Shown here in pieces: positions 17,502-20,000 of a DNA stretch of 20,000 bases (position 1 is the first letter of the stretch; the number at the start of each line of letters is the position of its first letter). The stretch is from IMG/VR virus record IMGVR_UViG_2563367173_000013, one strand, 5' to 3'. The position numbers and the translations under genes were made by a program. This DNA is from an uncultured virus (IMG/VR IMGVR_UViG_2563367173_000013). Lineage: Duplodnaviria; Heunggongvirae; Uroviricota; Caudoviricetes. The notes below the pieces were generated by a model. That model was not told the origin of the DNA and ran no database searches. It worked only from the letters and a program-made list of their open reading frames with translations.

Positions 17502-17528
17502 CATTTGATTTTACGAGGAGAACGCATC

Positions 17529-18605
17529 ATGAACAATAAAAAAATAGCATTTATCATCTGTGTCAATGATCCTATGGAATTTTCCGAATGCAGATTTTAT
17601 CTGGACAGACTCATTTTACCGGATGAATATGAAAAAGATATTATCTCCATAGAAGAGGCGCCCTCCATGACCTCCGGATATAATGCAGGAATGAATAGTA
17701 CCGATGCGAAATATAAAATCTATCTGCATCAGGATGTATTTATTATTCATAAAAACTTTATTACCGATCTTTTGAGCCTTTTTCAAAAGAATCCAAATAT
17801 CGGACTTGCCGGATGCATCGGAGCTTCCAAAATCCAGGCGCAGACACTGGCCATAACATCCTGGGATACCGGAAACATATATCATAACTGTACACCTATG
17901 CACATGCACTTTCCTTATGCTGTCATCGGACAGCCTGCAAAAACAGATGCTGTAGACGGACTGATGCTGGCTACACAATATGATATCCAATGGCGTGAAG
18001 ATCTTATGGACGGATGGGATTTCTACGATATATCCCAATGTCTGGAATTCCGGAAAAATGGATATGACGTAGTCGTGCCATACCAATCCGTTCCCTGGTG
18101 TTATCATGATAATCAATACAGCAATATGAAAAACTACCATAATTATCGACAAAAGTTTGTCCGCGAATATTTTGCTGACAGTAACTTTTCCTTACACACT
18201 GAATGTGACATGGCAAAAGAATATACAGATTTGAAAGAACGTTCACGTAATGCAATGGAATCTCTCATTCAGACCGAGAATCGTACCGAGCTTCATGAAA
18301 TATTCGAACAATCGGATAACAGAGGATATTTACATTTGAGAGAATTTGAGTTAATCGCAGATATTAACCGATTGGAGCAGGAAAATCATGTTTCCGAGCC
18401 GTTATGGGAAGCAGGAATGGATATAGACAAACTGTTAAATAAACTTCGTTTTTTAAAACTTCAATTAAAGCGATTGGAATATCTGGCAGACCGTACGGAA
18501 GATGTACTTAACCGTATTTCTATTTATTCCGATTACGCAAAAGCTGAAGTATGCAACAAATATGTGTATCATAAAGATATGATAATGAAAATATTAAAAT
18601 TATAA
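17529..18605 (+). CDS. GT-A glycosyltransferase (Glyco_tranf_2_5-like)
   Basis: KIAFIICVN, SMTSGYN, KYKIYLHQDVFI, AVDGLMLATQYD, WDFYDISQ; GAGGAG RBS before the ATG at 17529. Confidence 0.82.
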   Translation: MNNKKIAFIICVNDPMEFSECRFYLDRLILPDEYEKDIISIEEAPSMTSGYNAGMNSTDAKYKIYLHQDVFIIHKNFITDLLSLFQKNPNIGLAGCIGASKIQAQTLAITSWDTGNIYHNCTPMHMHFPYAVIGQPAKTDAVDGLMLATQYDIQWREDLMDGWDFYDISQCLEFRKNGYDVVVPYQSVPWCYHDNQYSNMKNYHNYRQKFVREYFADSNFSLHTECDMAKEYTDLKERSRNAMESLIQTENRTELHEIFEQSDNRGYLHLREFELIADINRLEQENHVSEPLWEAGMDIDKLLNKLRFLKLQLKRLEYLADRTEDVLNRISIYSDYAKAEVCNKYVYHKDMIMKILKL

Positions 18606-18629
18606 AATTACACTTGTATAGTTTCATTT

Positions 18630-18670
18630 ATGTTATAAAAAGAGAGGAACATCCCTCTCTTTTATGACAT
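18630..18670. terminator. Bidirectional terminator between convergent glycosyltransferases
   Basis: ATGTTATAAAAAGAGAGG-AACATC-CCTCTCTTTTATGACAT. Confidence 0.75.
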
Positions 18671-18773
18671 ATATTCATTATAATCTTTAATACATATATA
18701 ATAGTTCCTAATTGCTCAAAAATGTACGAAATAATCTTCCCTACTTTGTCTCTTTTACTTCTCGAACTATTTC

Positions 18774-19913
18774 TTATTTTGTTTCATTACAGTATGTTCT
18801 TTTCGAATTTTTTGATAAACAACTTTTTAATTTATTCATTACCTTCACTTGATCAAACACAGTATGACCAGCAATGATTTTTTCTGCAGCTAAACGTTCA
18901 TCACTTATAGAGATTGATTTTACAACATCCTGCAATGTTTCTATAGAATTACCTAATTCTAAACGTTTTAACAAAAATCTATACAGCATATATTTCTCTA
19001 TTAAATCATTTAACTTCATGCCAGTTACATAAAATCCATGTTCGACACCCAGATTTTTCTCTTTTGTTATTATTTCAGTTAAAACATGTATATAAAACAA
19101 TTTCGTATGAAATGGATAATAATCTATTGCTACATCTAAAGCACTATTTAAATATACAAGATCTCCCACTTCCAAAGCATCTGTTATCTGTGGTATCACA
19201 TTATCTATCACTCTATTACGTATCTTTCGATTTTCTATTTGTTCATCTATAGTATAAAGATATCCCAATTCTTTATATGTCTCACAAAATCTTTTTCTGT
19301 ACCTGTCATATTCTGAAAGGCTGCTGTCTCCACAGTCATGAAAACACCAGGGTTGCTCTTGCTTTACTACACCCACTTTATATCCTGCCAATAAAAATTC
19401 TTTGCTCTGTGAGATATCATAAAAATCAAATCCGTCAAAAATATCCTGTTTCCAAGGTACATCATATTGTGTCATCATGATCATTCCGTCGATTGCATCC
19501 ACACTCTCTACCAAGTCCTGCACTCCACCTAATGACAGATGTACCGATTTCAAAGTATCCCAGGCATAAACTTCACCAACATTCCATTTATCCCAGTAAA
19601 TTGCATCGGCAATCATTCTGTTGCTCCCAATCACTCCAAGCATTCCATACTCCGAATGATTTTCAAACACCGTTATCATATCCCGTATAAAATTCTTATT
19701 TAATATAAAAACGTCCTGGTGAAGATATACTTTGTATTTTGCATCGGATGAGTTCATTGCAGCGTTATATCCGGATGTCATACTATCAGCATCGGCAACC
19801 CCGATTACTTCCGTTTCTATCCCTTCCGGAATATTTAACCAGGAAATATAATCCATACACTCTTTCATATATATTGTATGATTATAACACACAATAAAAG
19901 CAACTTTTGTCAT
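18774..19913 (-). CDS. GT-A glycosyltransferase (Glyco_tranf_2_5-like), paralog of 17529-18605
   Basis: KVAFIVCYN, SMTSGYN, KYKVYLHQDVFI, AIDGMIMMTQYD, FDFYDISQ; GGAGG RBS. Confidence 0.82.
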   Translation of the reverse strand: MTKVAFIVCYNHTIYMKECMDYISWLNIPEGIETEVIGVADADSMTSGYNAAMNSSDAKYKVYLHQDVFILNKNFIRDMITVFENHSEYGMLGVIGSNRMIADAIYWDKWNVGEVYAWDTLKSVHLSLGGVQDLVESVDAIDGMIMMTQYDVPWKQDIFDGFDFYDISQSKEFLLAGYKVGVVKQEQPWCFHDCGDSSLSEYDRYRKRFCETYKELGYLYTIDEQIENRKIRNRVIDNVIPQITDALEVGDLVYLNSALDVAIDYYPFHTKLFYIHVLTEIITKEKNLGVEHGFYVTGMKLNDLIEKYMLYRFLLKRLELGNSIETLQDVVKSISISDERLAAEKIIAGHTVFDQVKVMNKLKSCLSKNSKRTYCNETK

Positions 19914-20000
19914 AATCGACTGATCCTCCGTAAGCGATGAATAACCTACCGTTCCACATATGTTCCGTTTAGGTGTAAAATAGTCTATATTGGCAATTGA

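Noticed and set aside
240..19690. Other short ORFs in the track that overlap long genes
   Set aside because: Antisense or alternate-frame ORFs with no recognisable motifs
19914..20000. N-terminal extension of the last glycosyltransferase, or the end of an upstream gene
   Set aside because: The frame is open to the edge, but GGAGG precedes ATG 19913 and the paralog starts at the same place; too little sequence to call an upstream gene

Overview
AT-rich Firmicutes (Lachnospiraceae-like, by inference) glycosylation locus, probably for surface or flagellar glycans. It contains a gmhA-like/gmhB/SDR epimerase/nucleotidyltransferase-PfkB kinase operon (nucleotide-heptose-type pathway) and an IspD/TarI plus Zn-dehydrogenase pair (CDP-alditol supply). 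It also holds a LicD fusion and a paralog of its C-terminal part, CgeB-like and Glyco_tranf_2_5-like glycosyltransferases (one broken), an AAA/PD-(D/E)XK gene and an Rpn-like nuclease with a 12-bp tandem repeat. Two regulatory features stand out. (1) An XRE regulator has two small HTH-less paralogs of its C-terminal domain (6199-6369, missed by the ORF track, and 8533-8718) that share a conserved upstream element, a SinR/SinI/SlrA-like architecture. (2) A sigma28 promoter drives a ~115-nt non-coding RNA with GGA-loop hairpins (CsrA-type sites) and a terminator directly upstream of the heptose-type operon. Family assignments come from motifs read by eye; no searches were run.
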